From Octopus sinensis (taxonomy: Eukaryota), in the NCBI RefSeq assembly GCF_006345805.1, contig NC_043003.1, positions 46,314,001 to 46,378,000 on the forward strand: a stretch of DNA of 64,000 nucleotides, written 5' to 3'. Numbering within the stretch: the first letter of the stretch is position 1; every line of letters begins with the position of its first letter. Positions 26,281 to 39,670 of the stretch are shown piece by piece. The notes under the pieces were generated by a model. It did not search any database. It was not told the origin of the DNA and worked only from the letters and a program-made list of their open reading frames with translations. Position numbers and translations under genes: made by a program.

Positions 26281-27957
26281 AATTCAATAAACACAGAAAT
26301 GGTGATGGTCACTAAATTAGTTACTTCATCTCTTCAATGATAACTGTTAATCAAAAGTATTTACTTTTCATCAAATATGATACTTAGATGTCCGCCTACA
26401 AGTACTTCTACAGAGATTAGATCAATTGTAAGAGTTTTCGAAACAAATTTCAATCACTTAGACACGTCATTGAAGAATTACGAGAGATAGCAGGATTTAA
26501 CACTAATGCTTCTTGATAGCAATAAGACAGCAAATTCAGTTTATTTACGTGAGAATAAAATGATATGGGCAACTGTTGAAAAGAATCAAGAAACTAAAAA
26601 AGAGCCAAGTTAGTCAGATAGAGAAAACACCTGACTGAATTACCAGCTGGCCTCATAAAGACCAGCCAAATAACATACTTAGCTGTGTGTGTAACAATCG
26701 AGCATGGAAGTCCGTGACTGTATGAGAACACTGGTGCATCAATTTTACATGTTAACTTTCACCTTGCCTTCCTACCTATTGTATATTTTATTGACGTTTA
26801 TTCATCAATATGTTTGAGTCATTATTAGATGGTTACTTTATATGGAGCGCGTCTTTATTTACCCTGAGTGACTTTCTATCTCTCCAAGCTTTTGAAGAGA
26901 TCAGTCCAATATCACTTTCCAGTGATTTTTGTCACTCTCATGATTGACCTCTGTCTAGCTTTAGACATTTACATTTGGAAAATAGAACACTTGACCACAA
27001 ATTCTTAAATTAAGTCGCGTAGTAACGTTTCATGAAATAACTCGGACTCGCGTATCATGAAAATAATACAGGAACGAAATCAATTAGGTTATCATATCTA
27101 TGAGATCGGTGATGCCTTCTGTTTTTTTTTCTTTTGATCTCTTGAAAACTTTTCTCGAGATAGTCCTGATTGATATACTCGACAAGTCTTCAACTGCGCC
27201 GCTCAATATTTCACGTAATGAATTTACTGAGTGATGGAAGCCATGGCGAGAAATTGGTTCCTCGAATTAGTATTCTCTTTTTGTTTTGTTTTTGTCTTTG
27301 TTTTTTGTTTATTTGTTATTTTTTTCTTTTCAATTCTTCTACTATAAAAAAAAAACAAAAATACCGGAGAGAAACTCTAACTATGGCAACCGAAATACCA
27401 AAACATAATGAAAAAAAAAACAAGGAAAGAAATAAGAAAAGAAAGACTGTGTAAGATTTCTCTGATAACCACACCTGATCGAATTTATTTAGAGAAACTT
27501 GTTGTTCATGTTGATCTTATTGAAGGCGTTTTTGTTTAGAATTTTTAGGTTGTTGATGATGTTATTACTGCAAAAGTTTTCATATTCTTTTGAAATTTTG
27601 TTTTAAATAGAATCGGAAAACATTTTAATGTTGAGAATATTTTTTTCCATTTCGTTTCAAATTAAATAACCAAAATTCTTTGTTTCCCATTTCATTTAAC
27701 AAACTTTTTCACGTATTTTTCCTTCATTACGCTTGTATGTGTGTAATATCTTTCTTTGTATATATTTGGTTCTGCTGTGTATTATTTTGCAGTCAGTGTG
27801 TTGCTTTGCATAGTTTTTTTCGCTTTTTCCTAGGAAACCTTAGAGTTTGAAAGTAAATGTAAAAAAGAAAAGTAAGTTCTGTAATTGTTTTAAAAGTCAC
27901 CACATTTCAAATTCCTAGGCAAAATACAAGACAGTAAATATATATTATCCCCACCAT

Positions 27958-28354
27958 ATACGCGTAGGAGTGACTGTGTGGTAAGTAGCTTGCTTACCAA
28001 CCACATAGTTCCTGGTTCAGTGCCACTGCATGGAACTTTGGGCAAGTGTCTTCTACTATAGCCTCGGGCCGACCAAAGACTTGTGAGTGGATTTGGTAGA
28101 CGGAAACTGAAAGAAGCCCATCGTATATACGTATGTATATATGTGCGTGTGTATGTCTGTGTTTGTACGCCCCCCCCCCCGCAACATCGCTTGACAACCG
28201 ATGCTGGTATGTTTACGTCCCCGTAACTTAGCGGTTCGGCAAAAGTGACCTCTAGAATAAAATACTAGGCTTACAAAAATAAATCCTGGGGTCGATTTTC
28301 TCGACTAAAGGCGGTGCTCCATCATGGCCACAGTCAAATGACTGAAACAAGTAA

Positions 28355-28356
<2 letters not shown>
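27958..28356 (+). mobile_element. SINE family A, full length
   Basis: tRNA-like head (gtgtggtaag; ggttcagt) and tail catggccacagtcaaatgactgaaac, followed by (TAA)n. Confidence 0.9.
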
Positions 28357-28406
<50 letters not shown>

Positions 28407-28409
28407 GTA

Positions 28410-28542
28410 ATGGTTTCAAATTTTGGCACAACGCCAGCAATTTGGGAAAGTAGATAAGTCGATTATATCAACTCCAGTGTCCAACTGGTACTTATTTTAT
28501 CGATCCCCGAAGGATAAAAGGCAGAATCGACCTCGAATAATA

Positions 28543-28577
<35 letters not shown>

Positions 28578-28584
28578 AATAATA

Positions 28585-28629
<45 letters not shown>

Positions 28630-28890
28630 TAATAATAATAATAATAATAATAACTAGCTGGACCCGTGAAAAATTCACGGAAAACATAAAGAATGTAAGC
28701 ATCTGTAAACAGTCAACTGGTGCCATGAGAACTGTTTTGTATATTATAACTGTCTGTCTTTATGTTCTGAGTTCAAATTCTGCCGAGTTCGACTTTGCCT
28801 TTCGTCCTTTCGCGGTCGATAAATTAAGTACCAGTTGTGTACTGGGGTCGATCTAATCAACTGTCCCCCTCCCCACAAAAATTTCAGGCC
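28410..28890. mobile_element. Two partial SINE family B copies (28410-28535 -, 28750-28890 +) with (TAA)n/(TGA)n between
   Basis: Family B core motifs. Confidence 0.75.
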
Positions 28891-28952
28891 TAGAAAGTAC
28901 ATTGTGACAGTTACAGAATATAGAAAGTAATGTAACAACAATGACTATATAA

Positions 28953-29440
28953 AGCATTAATAAATCTCCGAACAAGATATGAACAATAACCGCTCGACAA
29001 CGTAAAGTGTACTAGCCATCTGAATGTGGCTAGCCACTGGGTGTGGGGTGTTACTGACGCTTTTAGCCCCAGGAGATCGACGTCTCCAGCTGGCCTTAGA
29101 CACAATTTCAGTGCACTTGTGTTATTTGCAAAGGGAGGTCATCCTCTCTCGAAAACCAAAGTGATACATACGGACTATAGTTTCAAGGTTATTTGCAAAG
29201 GTCTCCTTAATGAAAACCGGTGTTTACCATACGTTGACGAGAGGCAAAAACCTTGAAACTATAGTCCGTATGTATCACTTAGGTTTTTCGAGGGAGGATG
29301 ACTTCCCTTTGCAAATAACACAAGGGCACTGAAATTGTGTCTAAGGCCAGCTGGAGACGTCGATCTCCTGGGGCTTAAAGCGTCAGTAACACCCCACCCC
29401 CAGTGGCTAGCCACATTCAGATGGCTAGTACACTTTACGT
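28953..29440. mobile_element. Asymmetric inverted-repeat insertion (~190-bp arms, ~60-bp spacer, 47-bp extension) with 15-bp target-site duplication
   Basis: Arms ~29000-29190/29249-29440. ACAATGACTATATAA occurs at 28938-28952 and 29441-29455. Confidence 0.88.
29228..29272 (+). ncRNA. Type I hammerhead ribozyme (C3U core variant)
   Basis: CATACG-TTGACGA-GAGG-CAAAAA-CCTT-GAAA-CTATAG-TC-CGTATG. 6-bp stem I, palindromic stem III, GUC triplet. Confidence 0.8.
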
Positions 29441-29574
29441 ACAATGACTATATAATCCAACCAAAATATCTCAGTTTCACAAACGTAAACGGAATTAGTA
29501 TTTAACCTTAAAATATATCGTACATATTCAAAGAACCTTCTTGGTTTAGTGGTACGGAACGTTGTTCTGTTATT

Positions 29575-29790
29575 CTTTTATTATTTTACTTGTTTCAGTC
29601 ATTTGACGGTGGTCATGCTGGAGCACTACCCTTTAGTTGAAGAAATTGACCCCTGGACTTATTCCCTGTAAGCCTGGTGCTTATTCTATCAGTCTCTTCT
29701 GCTGAACAGCTAAATTACAGGGACACAACCGCACCAACATCAGTTGTTATGCAATGGTGGTGGTGGGACAAACACAGACTCAAACACATA
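29575..29790 (-). mobile_element. SINE family A 3' half
   Basis: ttttacttgtttcagtcatttgacggtggtcatgctggagcac. Confidence 0.8.
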
Positions 29791-29844
29791 CATACATACA
29801 TACATACATACATACATACATACATACATACATACATACATACA

Positions 29845-29875
<31 letters not shown>

Positions 29876-30179
29876 GACAGGCTTGGTAGTGGTGTTGCTG
29901 GCTGGTGCGATTTTGTGGTTTGCTGGTATGCCGAGAGATATCCAGTGGGACCCTAACTTGTTCCCCGATCATAAATGTATAACGTAGATGTGCAATGATG
30001 ACACATCAACAAATGAGCCAGAAATTCTAACTTTAAAAAATATAGAAAGCAAAAGACAACGTTGTATTCCGAAGCCAAAAGATTGTACTTGGGGAGTACA
30101 ATTCTATCGGTCTACAAATTTTCAACCACACAACCGACACCACTCATCAATCTGCTCACGAGCATATTGGTTAGAATCT

Positions 30180-30870
30180 TAAATTATGCGCTCAGTGGAG
30201 AAATGTTAGAGAAAATATCAAAGATGCCTACCTCCTGCGCGTCTTTCCCCCGCATCACCAAGTCTCAAGTAACATAATTTCACACTGTTGCCAGATACGA
30301 CAGATGTCTGCATCCCTTTTGTTACTTGTATCTTCTTCCTCAGTTTCATATCATAAGTTTAGAATATCTTCTCTCTCTTTCCTAATGGCGCTGCCAAACT
30401 TAGGATTTTGTGCTTGGAAAAATTGTTGCTGCTCATGAAGCTGACAATTTACAATACTCGGAGTGTTGGTTGCAGCAGTGTTGAGTGAGCTTGATTTCAC
30501 CTTCTATATAGTAGGAAAGAACGTTCTGTTGTAATCTTTTTATCATGAATACAATATTTCAGATTAACTTTTCGCCAACCCTTCACATCTACTCCTACAT
30601 TTTGAGTGAAGTAATATGGTACGCTAGCTTTTGTCATCCAGCGTAACATTTACAGTGAAACATTAGCGAGATTCTGGGTGATACATAAGGCTGTGACAAT
30701 TTCGGGGACATCCTGCTTGGTACTGTAAGTTAGCCACATGCTGATGACTTTTATCCCTCTGGATAAGACAATTTATGTGGCTCAAATGTTTCCTAAGCAT
30801 TTTTCAATTTGCCCTGGACAAAGGAACTTCAGATTTCGCGTTCTACACTTTATTCATTTCTATAGAATAT
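30180..30870 (-). mobile_element. Highly decayed RTE/BovB-like RT fragment
   Basis: Only patchy resemblance to RT motifs; no open frame. Confidence 0.35.
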
Positions 30871-30892
30871 TTCGTTTTATGGATGCTGTTTA

Positions 30893-31308
30893 AGGTGGCG
30901 AGCTGGCAGGAACTTTAGCACGCCGGGCGAAATGCTTAGCGGTATTTCGTCCACCGCAGTGTTCTGAGTTCAAATTCCGCCGAGGTCAACTTTGCTTTTC
31001 ATCCTTTTGGGGTCGATTAAATAAGTACCAGTTACGCACTGGAGTCGATATAATCGTCTTAATCCGTTTATCTGTCCATGTTTGTCCTCTCTGTGTTTAG
31101 CCCCTTGTGGGTAGTAAAGAAATAGGTATTTCGTCTGCCGTTACCTTCTGAGTTCAAATTCCACCGAGGTCGACTTTGCCTTTCATCCTTTCGGGGTGGA
31201 TAAATTAAGTACCAATTACGCACTGGGGTCGATATAATCGACTTAATATGTTTGTCTGTCCTTCTTTGTCCCCTCTATATTTAGCCCCTTGTGGGCAATA
31301 AAGAAATA
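30893..31308 (+). mobile_element. SINE family B with duplicated core and 12-bp TSD
   Basis: GGATGCTGTTTA at 30881-30892 and 31309-31320. Confidence 0.92.
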
Positions 31309-31894
31309 GGATGCTGTTTACCTCCACAACAGAAAGTGCCATCATCCCAGAAGGTACAGCATTCTTTTTTTTTCAAATATGGGGAATATGATGCGCACCT
31401 TTGTTGATTTGATTTTACTAACCACGAGGCTATTTTAGCAATTTTTTAAAATTATTTCTGTCGTAGTTGTCATCGTCTTTATCACCATGGTGGGTTTTTT
31501 CCGTCATCGCCGTCGTCATTGTAGCTATTTTGCTACTGCAATTTTCATACTGTTTCCCGTGTCTATGTAGTGGCGTCAGTATATCTGTACAAAGCGGTAT
31601 AGCAGTAACGGTCAGATTACCGGCACATTACGTTTTACAAACTAGAAGAGAATTACATATTAGATAATGTAATCCTAGATACTCTTTGTCTGAAATATAG
31701 ATGGCATTATCATGAATGGAACGCTTTGAACATAAGTGTGCTGGATACGAGCTGATAAAATGTTAAAGAACAGCAAAATTAGCTGCAGCATACAGATTGA
31801 AGAATGTTACGTGAATACACATTTGGCTCTACTTTGTTAAATCTCATCTTTGAGAAAACCCTACCAAAATAATGGCAGTTGTTACTAACCAATG

Positions 31895-31951
<57 letters not shown>

Positions 31952-32289
31952 TACTGCCTATTACTGTTGCAGCTATCAATGAAGTCAGTTCACTACTAAG
32001 CGTTCGTAACTGCGATTACTCACTGTTCTTTGAGAAGGGAGTGCCTATCATGGTTGTCGAAATATAGAAGAAAATTTCTGTAGTGTAAAATATTTGTTTT
32101 TGTTTATAACGTTATGTATAGCAGTTATGCAATGACTGAAATGCAACATTATCTGGCATTAATTCAGAGAAATATTCTCTTGCAGACATTTTATCATCCC
32201 GCAAAATAATTTACAAAGAAGAGAAAATACTCATGTAATGTCCCAGAATATAACAATGTATTTTGATGTGTGCGTGCCTATACGTCTGT

Positions 32290-32334
<45 letters not shown>

Positions 32335-33590
32335 TACCATATATACATGAACTTGAAACTCGCTATATTCTTATACTAATAGTATACGTCAGAGTCACGC
32401 GTGCTAGAAGCTACTTAATGAAGTTTCTTCTACGTAAGATATATATCATTGCAATAATCAACTTTCCAATACAACAGCCTCCCGCTAATTACCTCCATCA
32501 ATTCTCAATTATGAATAATAATATGATATTAGTTTTAAAAAATAGATAAATGAATTAAAATTGTTTTTATTTGTCTCGTAGAAATTCTGTCTTTATAGCA
32601 ATCAAGACTAAAATAGTGTTCGCGTTTGGTTTGATTTTCAGTTAATAAGATGGCGCCGAGATTTGCTTCGATTTCACCATAGCTCAGCAGGGGGGCTTTT
32701 GCTGATAAAATGTATCTGATTATTCCATGCTAAATCGTCTAAATATCAATTACAAATGCGGATAAATGCAAATTATTGTTGTCTGTGGACTATTCCAGGA
32801 AACAGCATCACAGAGTTCTAATGATGTGTCAGAGTAACATCAAGGAGAAAGAAAGCCAGAAATAAGTACTATGCTAATTGACGAGTCCGCAAGGAATGCT
32901 GGGATACTGGTGGAGTAGAATTGCAGAATTGTAAATAATAAAATATGACAGCTTCTTAATGAAATTAAAGCAGGCAATGTATATTTTCATATACTTGAAT
33001 TTCCATATGTATGCGTGCGCGTGTTTGTGTCTGCCTGAGTGTTTTGGTGTGTCTGTGTTCATACATATATTGCATTTAGCATCTTAAATATTCATATCGC
33101 CATGAATTTGAACATCTATACACATAGATAAGTATGAATGTATGTAACTGTATTTCCATATTTATATATATGCCATACAAGCAAGAAATTCATGCGTACA
33201 TAAATACATACACCCATATTCATGTGCGTATATGCGTGTTTGTGTATGCGTGCGCGTGTGTGTGTGTATGAATGAATGTAGGTATATAATTATATACGAA
33301 TCCATGTATGTTTGAATGTATGTAGCTTCAGCGTGGTGTCTACATACATGCATAAGTAATTTGTCTCGCAATCACTAGCTGCCAAGTTCGATTCCAGTGC
33401 AAAGCATTTCTGTAAATAATTCAAATTGACCCTACCCTTCTGACTAAAACAAAGTCGACGGAGAAAACTGGGGAAATCCACTGAATATAGCTTACCTATA
33501 ATTCAAAAGGCCAACACTATACACTGTGTGACGCTTAACTTAAGAGTAAGAGCTAATTCAAGGAGAAGGTGATTCAATGCATTAGTCATC

Positions 33591-33996
33591 ATAGGCGCAG
33601 GCGTGGCTGTATTGTAAGTAGCTTGCTTACAAACCACATGGTTCCGGGTTCAGTCCCACTGCGTGGCACCTTGGACAAGTGTCTTCTACTATAGCTTCGG
33701 GCCGACCAAAGCCCTGTAAGTGGATTTGGTAGACGGAAACTTAAAGAAACCCGTCGTATATATGTATATATATGTATATGTATGTGTGTATATGTTTGTA
33801 TGTCTGTTTTTGTCCCCCAAACATCGCTTGACAACCGATGCTGGTGTGTTTACGTACCTGCAACTTAGCGGTTCGGCAAAAGAGACCGATAGAATAAGTA
33901 CTAAGCTTACATAGAATAAGTCCTGGGGTCGATTTGCTCGATTAAAGGCGGTGCTCCAGCATGGCCGTAGTCAAATGACTGAAACAAGTAAAAGAA
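33591..33996 (+). mobile_element. SINE family A, full length
   Basis: Head ggcgcaggcgtggctgtattgtaag..gggttcagtccc; internal microsatellite; conserved tail. Confidence 0.92.
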
Positions 33997-34067
33997 TGAA
34001 AATAACTGAAGTCATTTACTCCATTCATGCACACATGCAGACAGACAGATACACACACACATACACC

Positions 34068-36325
34068 ACGAGAGCTGCGGCCATGCTGGGGTAGCACCGT
34101 TAGCTCTCCTGCTCTTTCGCTACTTGAAAACTCCTCTGATATGTGGAGTTTGGTGAGTGGGGGAGATCGGTGTTGTTGCTCTCATCTCTGTTTCCTGCCG
34201 CGCGGTAGGTTCATCCTGAATTCTTGACCGTAGGAGATACAGTTGCGTTTTGAATACACCTATATCCACACCATGTAGGTCTTTCAGGCTTTTTAGAGTA
34301 TATTGAAGAGCTGTGGGTTCTTGAAACCCAAGCTGTTGCAGTATCTGCTCCTGTATCCTGTTGGCAATGCTGAGATATTTGGCACAACACAGTGGCGTCC
34401 CGTTCTGTTGTTTGTGAAATTCTCAATATCAAAGTTTTCTACAAATCCTTCTAAGATTTTCCAGATATATATCATTCCATATCTTTCCAGCTTTCGTCCT
34501 TGGGAGTAGAGTCTTAACTTTTGCAGCCTCAACCAATAGCTGACGTATCGCATTGAGAAGAACTTTTTGTGTAGCTTCGCAGGATTGCTTTGAGTTACAC
34601 TGTTCATTTTGCACTGTGGAGTAACCTTAGTTGGGAACAGTAGCCTAAAAGGCTGAGGACGAATGTCCTGTAGAGGAGCATCATGGTTACTTGTTCTCTC
34701 GTTCTGAAAGGACAGCTGCCCGCATTTTATTGCCAACGACAATGCCTAGGTCACGCAGTGATTTTGATACTGGGATTAGAATCCTTCCTGGGTTAGTATA
34801 TCCCAGCGAGCTGGCAGAGTAGTCAGCACGCTGGACGAAATGCTTAGCGGTATTTCGTCTGCCGCTACGTTCTGAGTTCAGATTCCGCCGAGGTCGACTT
34901 TGCCTTTCATCCTTTCGGGGTCGATTAAATAAGTACCAGTTATATACTGGGTCGATATAATCGACTTAATCCGTTTGTCTGTCCTTGTTTGTCCTCTCTG
35001 TGTTTAGCCCCTTGTGAGTAGTAAAGAAATAGGTATTTCGGCCGTCGTTTCGTTCTGAGTTCAAATTCCGCCGAGGTCGACTTTGCCTTTTATCCTTTTG
35101 GGGTCGATAAATTAATCACCGGTAAAATTCTGGTGTCGATGTAATCCACTAGTCCCTTCCCCCAAACCTTCGGGGCTTGTGCCCATAATAGAAAGGATAT
35201 CCCGTCTACATATCATTCAGCAACGTGTGTTGGCATGACAGTTGCTGGAATTTTCTATCATTAAATTGCATATTATTGTCCTCTGCCTAATTGTATATTG
35301 CGTCCAATTCCGGTTGAAAGAGCGCAACATCTCCAAGGTTCTGTATCCTCTGAGAGACTTTTGCATCGTCTGCATAGCTAGCAAGAGTGACTATCTAAAC
35401 AGCTGAGGACATGTCTGAGAGGGTCAATATGAATAGCAGTGGCACAAATACGGTGCCCTTTGCGTCGCCAAGTTTTCTATGTTTACGCAACTTGTGGCCG
35501 AATTTATCAAAGCCTTTTGTAAAATCGAGATATATCATGGCCACGTTTCGGTTGTTGAACAGCTGCTTTAACATCCAATTGTAGTGCTGTAAAAACTGCG
35601 TCAGATAGCTGAGAAGGACTGCTGGGAATCCATCAGGGCTTGTAGCTGATATTGCATCTACTTCATCTGATATTGCATCTACCTACTTCTTTGATGTAGA
35701 TGCTACCAATTATTACTGCCTCCCTTTTTACATCTGTTGTGGTAAAGAACAGTAGGGGTGAAAGCACTACTCATTGGGGCACACGTGAGGGAAGCTTTTT
35801 CTGGAAGACTGGCCTAACCCTGCAATGCTCGGAGCAGCCGTTTTGACATACTTAATGAACGCTTAAGGATTTGATTTTTTTATAAACCACGCTATTTTAT
35901 CTTCTCAATCTTTTATATGAGAGCGTTTCAGATTTTTATCAATCTCCAACGGTGTTGTTTTCCGGAAGGATTTTTGCTACAGTTGAGTTCTCTGTTTAGG
36001 CTGTTTACAATCTTTGTACGCCGTCTCATTAGAATTTCCCTGGGAATTCTGTTCTTATGTACAGTGACTTTTGTTCTGGGACAAATTTGTAGCACATAGT
36101 TTGCATTACGGACATGAAGCCTTTGAGTTTCATGGCGATGTCGGATGTGGAGAGACATTGAGGTCAGTTCTATTTGATGATCTCTTTCTCAATCAATTTC
36201 CAGTCTGTTTTATGGAAGTTCTTCTCACAGGCTGCATGGCTACAAATTCCTTTGTTCGATATACAGTCAGTTCTCTTATATTGGGATCAGGGACTAGCGT
36301 TGGTATCACTTTCACATTATGGATG
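34068..36325 (-). mobile_element. CR1-like LINE, decayed and internally deleted, interrupted by a SINE
   Basis: SPDGFP, IYLDFTKGFDK, GTVFVPLLF, YADD (35365-35376) and C-terminal LYSQGRKLERYGMIYIWKILEG; 3' tail stem-loop at 34068-34099. Confidence 0.85.
34803..35198 (+). mobile_element. SINE family B with duplicated core, nested in the CR1-like LINE
   Basis: Family B head and two cores. Confidence 0.9.
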
Positions 36326-36329
36326 AATT

Positions 36330-36550
36330 CCATATTCTTTTCTACTCTAGGCACAAGGCCCGAAATTTTTGGGAAGGGGCCAGTCGATTAGATCATCCCC
36401 AGTACGCAACTGGTACTTAATTTATAGACCCCGAAAGGATGAAAGGCGAAGTCGACCTCGACGGAATTTGAACTCAGAACGTAGCGGCAAACGAAATACC
36501 GCTGAGCAATTCGCCCGGCGTGCTAACGTTTCTGCCAGCTCGCCACCTTA
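36330..36550 (-). mobile_element. SINE family B
   Basis: Reverse complement of head and core. Confidence 0.9.
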
Positions 36551-36987
36551 GATTTAGATTCATGGTTAACAGTTTCGAATAGTGGGTTTCATTTGATATC
36601 ATCGACCCCCAGGATTTAACAGATATTTTATTTTATCGACTCCGGGGCGGGATGTGGATGAAACAACTGAGAATGTAAAGAGATGTATCGCAAAGCAATC
36701 TTTAGCTGTTTCAACGACTCTAATTATATTGGTTTATTATTTATCAGTAACGAGGTCAAATGCGTTGAATTTCTGAAACAATCCACTTAATTTAATTGCT
36801 TTACTACTACTACTGTTTAAATTTTTGTCCGTAGAGAAATAAAAAAAAATGGAACCTGTTCATATTTAAGCTCCGAATCTAGTGGGACGAGTTGGAATAT
36901 TATAATGCACTTAGTGTTCTCTCTAAAACACGATTATTCATTTCACTTTTTTATTAAAGCCGTGATGTGTCTGCCGTTCGCGCGTGC

Positions 36988-37032
<45 letters not shown>

Positions 37033-37044
37033 CACACACACAAG

Positions 37045-37158
37045 GATCCCGGTTCAGTCCCACTGTGTGGCACCTTTGGCAAGTATCTTCTTTGGGCGAC
37101 CTCGGTCCGACCAAAGCCTTGTGAGTGGATTTGGTATACGGAAACTGAAGGAAGCCCG

Positions 37159-37193
<35 letters not shown>

Positions 37194-37210
37194 TTGTGTC
37201 TTTGTGTGTG

Positions 37211-37266
<56 letters not shown>

Positions 37267-37470
37267 TGTGTGTCTATGTTTGTCCCTCCAGTATCGCTTG
37301 ACAACCGATGCTGGTGTCTTTACGTCCCCGTAAATTAGCAGTTCGGCAAAAGAAACCGATAGAATGTGTACTAGGCTTACAAAGAATAAGTCCTGGAGTC
37401 GATTTCCTCGACTAAAGGCGGTGCGCCAGCATAGCCGCAGCCAAATGACTGAAACAAATATAAAAAATAG
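37045..37470 (+). mobile_element. SINE family A, 5' truncated
   Basis: Starts at the B-box region; internal (TG)n is expanded. Confidence 0.85.
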
Positions 37471-38455
37471 AAAGCACATTCTCTCTCAAGTTACGCAGAA
37501 ATTTCTTTCAAAATAAAGATGCAGAAGAGATATGATCCTAGAAAAATCTACAAAAATGGTTGACAGTCACAGCTTGAACGTTTTTAGCCATAGTAGCCTG
37601 TGATTTGGCTATAATTGTAATAAAATCTAATACAATTCAATGATGGAGTGAACACATCATTGAAATTTGAACACAGACCTTTACGAAATGAATACTTTGC
37701 AGAAGTTAAACAATTTAAACGGGTGCTCGCTTTTTTTGTCTTGAATATCTGCCTAGTCGTTTGCTCGCATAATCATCTACGAACGTTATAACCAATATAA
37801 GCCAATTAATGCCCATCTTCAAAAGAAGGATGAAAACCATTGATCCAGCCAGCTAAGCCGATGGCTTAGATATGACGTCACAGGGAGAAGCTTCAATTCA
37901 TTGCAGTTTTGCACCTATGGATTTTATCTCGCAAAATCAGCATTTTTCAATCGAGATCTGTATTTTGTTATTTCTAGATTTTATTGAATTTGGAAATTTT
38001 TATATTTTTTCTCATGCACATCTCACTCTAACGATCATTTTTTGGATTTATGCTAACTTTTAACTTATCAAGGCTCACTGCTTCGCGAAACCCGCCTTTC
38101 AGTAGAATTTCCATTTTCTACTTTACTATATTTTTGCGTTCCATGTTCGGCATATTTTAATTAATTTTTTTTTTTTTCCCATACATTTAAAATCAATTTA
38201 CAGTTTGTCTTTGATCAACTTCGTGTCTGAATCCTGAGTCATCTCATGCAGTTACAACAGTTGAATAAAACCCACACACTCTTTCAATTTCTACTGACTA
38301 TCTATCTATCTAACTGTTTATCTACCTATCTATCTACCTGTTTATCTATCAATTTGCATGTACATTTCTGTCTCATTTTAAAATATTTTTTGCCTCTTTC
38401 ATTCTACATATCTCGATGTATATTTTTTATATTTACGTTTCGCAGTTCCTCTCTC

Positions 38456-38492
<37 letters not shown>

Positions 38493-38681
38493 GTTTATGT
38501 CTTTCTTTCTCTTCTCGCTCTCTCTCTCTCTATCCTCATTTCTTTGTTACTGTACTTCACTTTACCTATCCACCTACCTACCTACGAACATCCTCGTACA
38601 TACCTATCTATATGCAAATCAAAATACCTACACACATACATACATAACTACATACCTATATATCTACTTACCTGCATACCA

Positions 38682-38727
<46 letters not shown>

Positions 38728-38854
38728 GTATGTATATCCACCTAACTATTTACCTATGTCTCTCCCACAATTTAAATTTATTCGCTTATTAAAATTTTAA
38801 GCACACAACACTAACGTCAATATAACTAGCAGCAACAAAAACTACCCCCACTTT

Positions 38855-38860
38855 AGTTAC

Positions 38861-38893
<33 letters not shown>

Positions 38894-38922
38894 TGCTACT
38901 ACTATTACTACTACTACCGCTG

Positions 38923-38954
<32 letters not shown>

Positions 38955-39197
38955 GCTACTACTGCTACTGTTGTGCTGCCACTACCACAACTATTGCTAC
39001 TACTACTACTACACTACTACTACTACTATTACTACTACTACTGCTGCTGCTGCCACTACTACTGTTGTTACTACTAGTACTACCGCTGCTACTGCAAATA
39101 CTACTAACGCTACTGCTGCTGCTTCTGCTACTACTACTATTACCGCTACTGCTGCTACTACTACTACAGCTGCTACTGCTACTACTACTACTACTAG
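38855..39197. repeat. (CTA)n/(CTG)n microsatellite
   Basis: Seen directly. Confidence 0.95.
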
Positions 39198-39670
39198 TGT
39201 ACGAATGCCCTAGACGTGCCCCAAACCACCACAAATTGTGGCGACACGATCAGGTAGCGAAAGCGCTGCATTGGAAACTATGCGAAAAGTCGGGGCTAGA
39301 GAGAGGCAAGACGTGGTATGAGCACAAACCGCAGAGAGTGGCGGAGTCGGATACTAGCAAAGTGCTCTGGGATTTCCCAATCGAAACAAATAAGGTCCTA
39401 GAGCATAACATACCGGACCTAGTGGTGGTGGACAAGATGCACCACATATGTTATACAGTTGATGTTGCATGCCCCTTTGACCCACGAATAGTCAAGAAGT
39501 AAGGCGAAAAGGTCGATAAATACAACCCTCTTAAGTACCAATAACTGTCGGAACCCTGGGAACAGTGAGTAAAAATCTTGAGAAGTACATGGAACAAATA
39601 GGGGCTGCAATAAGAGTGGAGCACTTGCAGAAAACAGCACTGCTTGGAGCCGCACAAATACTTCGGATAC
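39198..39670 (+). mobile_element. R4/Dong-like retrotransposon 3' fragment (restriction-like endonuclease domain)
   Basis: CP..WRHDQVA..LHW..WYEHKP..LWDFPI..PDLVVVD..VDVACPFD..EKVDKY..L and C-terminal LQKTALLGAAQILR; contains a stop and a deletion. Confidence 0.88.

Noticed and set aside
29298-29333. SECIS-like pattern ATGA-N11-AAA..TGA
   Set aside because: Helix II pairs poorly, a stronger hairpin competes, the 40.6-kb homologue does not pair this way, and no selenoprotein ORF is nearby.
38855-39502. Leu-rich 'signal peptide' fused to an endonuclease ORF (39065-39502)
   Set aside because: The N-terminus is a (CTA/CTG)n microsatellite running into a truncated retrotransposon.
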